Shown here: positions 20,632 to 22,626 of the stretch, in pieces | Layout: every line of letters begins with the position of its first letter | How positions within the stretch are numbered: position 1 is the stretch's first letter | Source: Tubiluchus corallicola | Taxonomy: Eukaryota > Animalia > Priapulida | Assembly (NCBI GenBank): GCA_030141605.1 | Contig: JAQGDQ010001878.1 | Coordinates: 1 to 22,626, forward strand | Length of the DNA: 22,626 nt | Reading direction: 5' to 3' | Notes under the pieces: generated by a model | Told to the model about the DNA's origin: nothing | What the model saw: the letters and a program-made list of their open reading frames with translations, nothing else | Databases searched by the model: none | Translations under genes and position numbers: made by a program

Positions 20632-21563
20632 CAATATACATTGCTACTCGCCCTGATATAAAAGGGATTTAGGCACCGAACGGATGGATGGATGGCGCCA
20701 CCTTGATGTAGCTGATGTATCCTGATGTACCTAGATGTATCCTTAATGTAGCAAGTACATATGCTTTTAATAAAATTATAGTGTGTCTGTTAACAACATC
20801 GAATTGATCTTTCTAAACAACTTTTGCGTCGTTTTGCAACGATGGGGATTTTTGCAACGTAATAACATACTACTTTTCGTCAAGTTTTAAATTCTAACAC
20901 CGGGTAAGCGTATTAGCAATATTTCACAATATTTTTTGTGATTGTTTGTTATATTTGTAGAACATGGTATTTGTAGTGTTTGTCTGTTAGGATGTGATAG
21001 GCTGGAGATTTGCTTTCAGTTCAGTTTGCAAGTCTCATTTACCCCCAAGCCGTCCTTACCCCCCCCCCCCTATATTTGAGGGTGAGTTAAGTGAACCATT
21101 ACTGTCGGGCTGAAAATAAAGTGATCTTTTAGAGGATCTCGAAGATTTCAGCATATGAAGAGTACCCGTATTGCTGTTTGCCCTAGCACATGCAGTGTCA
21201 AGCAGTGTTTAACATTTAGAACAGTATATTATTTGCAGTTTTACTTTTGTGATTAAAGGAACAATTCTTAAATTAGTATAATTCGAAACATTTATATTTG
21301 TACTTATACTGTATGCGGTATGGCAGTATTATATGAAATTATTTTGTTGTTGTTATTTCAGCCTGATCATTGCTGCAATAAACAGAGTGGACATTGTTCG
21401 TGTAATGATTTGTGATGTTGTACAAATGATGCTTTTTTTCAAAGTGTCATCATCGATTTATAAAGAACTTGTTAATTGCTTTGTAGTGGCTTTATCATAT
21501 GTCACGATGCTTAATTTTTTTTCAAAATGTTGAGATCTAAAACTTATTGTTTGAACGTAGTGA

Positions 21564-21704
21564 ATGGAGGGCATGAATGGGTACAGGAAGCTTTTTGAAG
21601 ATGCTAGTGTTTCAGTATTATACGCAAAACATCGACCAAGCATGTCTAGTGAACTTGTAAACAAAATAATGCAATTTTTGGTTGCTGATGATGTCTTAAC
21701 TGCT
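21564..21704 (+). CDS. First coding exon of a probable class I SAM-dependent methyltransferase (Methyltransf_11 / DDB_G0268948-like); the rest is presumably beyond the window
   Basis: MEGMNGYRKLFEDASVSVLYAKHRPSMSSELVNKIMQFL matches the recalled N-terminal pattern LFE...(A/S)xxYxK(Y/H)RP...L...I..(Y/F)L. It ends in a consensus donor GCT|gtaagt at 21704/21705, and a possible acceptor lies at 21559-21560. The DxGCGxG motif is not seen in the window. Confidence 0.65.
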
Positions 21705-22626
21705 GTAAGTATAAAGACGTTGTTTAAGAGTCATTCTGTTAATAAGTTCATTTTAGCATTTTAGTTAAAGGGCAAGAAAAGGCGTAGCTGAAGTAGGTTT
21801 CAGAAAAATCAACTTAAGAAATTATGTTACTTAATAGCAATTTTATGCATATATCGTACTCGCATTAAAAGGAATTTTTGTTTGTTTTTATTTTAAATCT
21901 CCCGCAATACTGTTACGACCGCGCCATTACATGATGTCACTACGCACAACGTAAATCAGGGGAAGAACGGGCAATGTTAGATTATGACCCAAAATACTTT
22001 CTGTGCAAATCTATATTACTTAACATTTCACTTACCTGCTGGAAAGACTTATGTAACTAGACTAATAATTTAAAATACTCGTGCCAATTGGTAAAGTGTC
22101 ACTGACTCACCCTCCAGGGTGCACCACTCACTAACCAAAAACATATTTTTAATCTTATTGACAGGATGCAGTAATTTAACATTTTTCTTAGTTAGCAACA
22201 CATGCTCTACGAATGCTCAGACTATTTTTTCAAACTTTACTCAGTGTTATCTAAACTTGTTTCAAACGATCTACCATCAAAATGGCTGCTCCTAGCGGTC
22301 ATTGCTGGAGTTTAAATTTACGGGTTTCATACAGTGTTACGGCAGCTGCAAGCCCTACATGCAAAAAGGCAGTATGTAAGTGGCATAAGACAATTTTTTG
22401 AGCTTTATGTAAGTGAAGGGTTTTCTTGTGCTTGAATAACTGCTGGCTGAAACAATGGTGATGAAAATTACACTGACAGAGATTATACAAAGATAAAATG
22501 TAAGTTCTCCAATCAGATTATCTCATGTACAGGGTGTATCTAAAATGCCTCTCTTCTAGAATTGTGACTTTTATTAGTACTTTTAATTTAAAATGTTGTT
22601 TTGCCAACCTAGTTTTATTCAACATA

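Noticed and set aside
21040-21070. C-rich tract with a poly-C run (possible G-quadruplex on the minus strand)
   Set aside because: It is mostly a single homopolymer, with no further support for function.

Overview
AT-rich eukaryotic genomic DNA, probably from an invertebrate animal (spliceosomal introns, LINEs, MITEs; no prokaryotic features). The main feature is a complete minus-strand Jarid2 (Jumonji) gene, the catalytically dead JmjC accessory subunit of PRC2. The ORF track shows only the last 1354 aa. I reconstruct three coding exons (14226-14077, 11203-11066, 9478-5384; both introns phase 0, GT-AG) giving 1460 aa. The protein carries a vertebrate-like N-terminal ubiquitin-interacting segment, the QRKFAQ methyl-lysine motif, the DFLTFLCLRG PRC2-docking motif, 2-3 AT-hooks, JmjN, ARID, an inactive JmjC and a C-terminal zinc finger. 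Nearly all of this lies in one 4.1-kb exon, followed by a probable long 3' UTR. The introns and upstream region hold nested transposons: two pogo/Tc1-like elements, a hAT MITE, a young TGT...ACA MITE with perfect 38-bp TIRs and a 5-bp TSD, a decayed CR1-type LINE interrupted by a second CR1-like 3' end, and another LINE 3' end. There is also a 5S rRNA-derived fragment and several tandem repeats. A coding exon of a probable plus-strand SAM-dependent methyltransferase gene lies at 21564-21704. I found no evidence of a wholly new biological system. The points most worth checking are the Jarid2 architecture, the palindrome-rich MITE and a possible antisense overlap between the two genes. All homology statements come from recalled sequences, not from searches.
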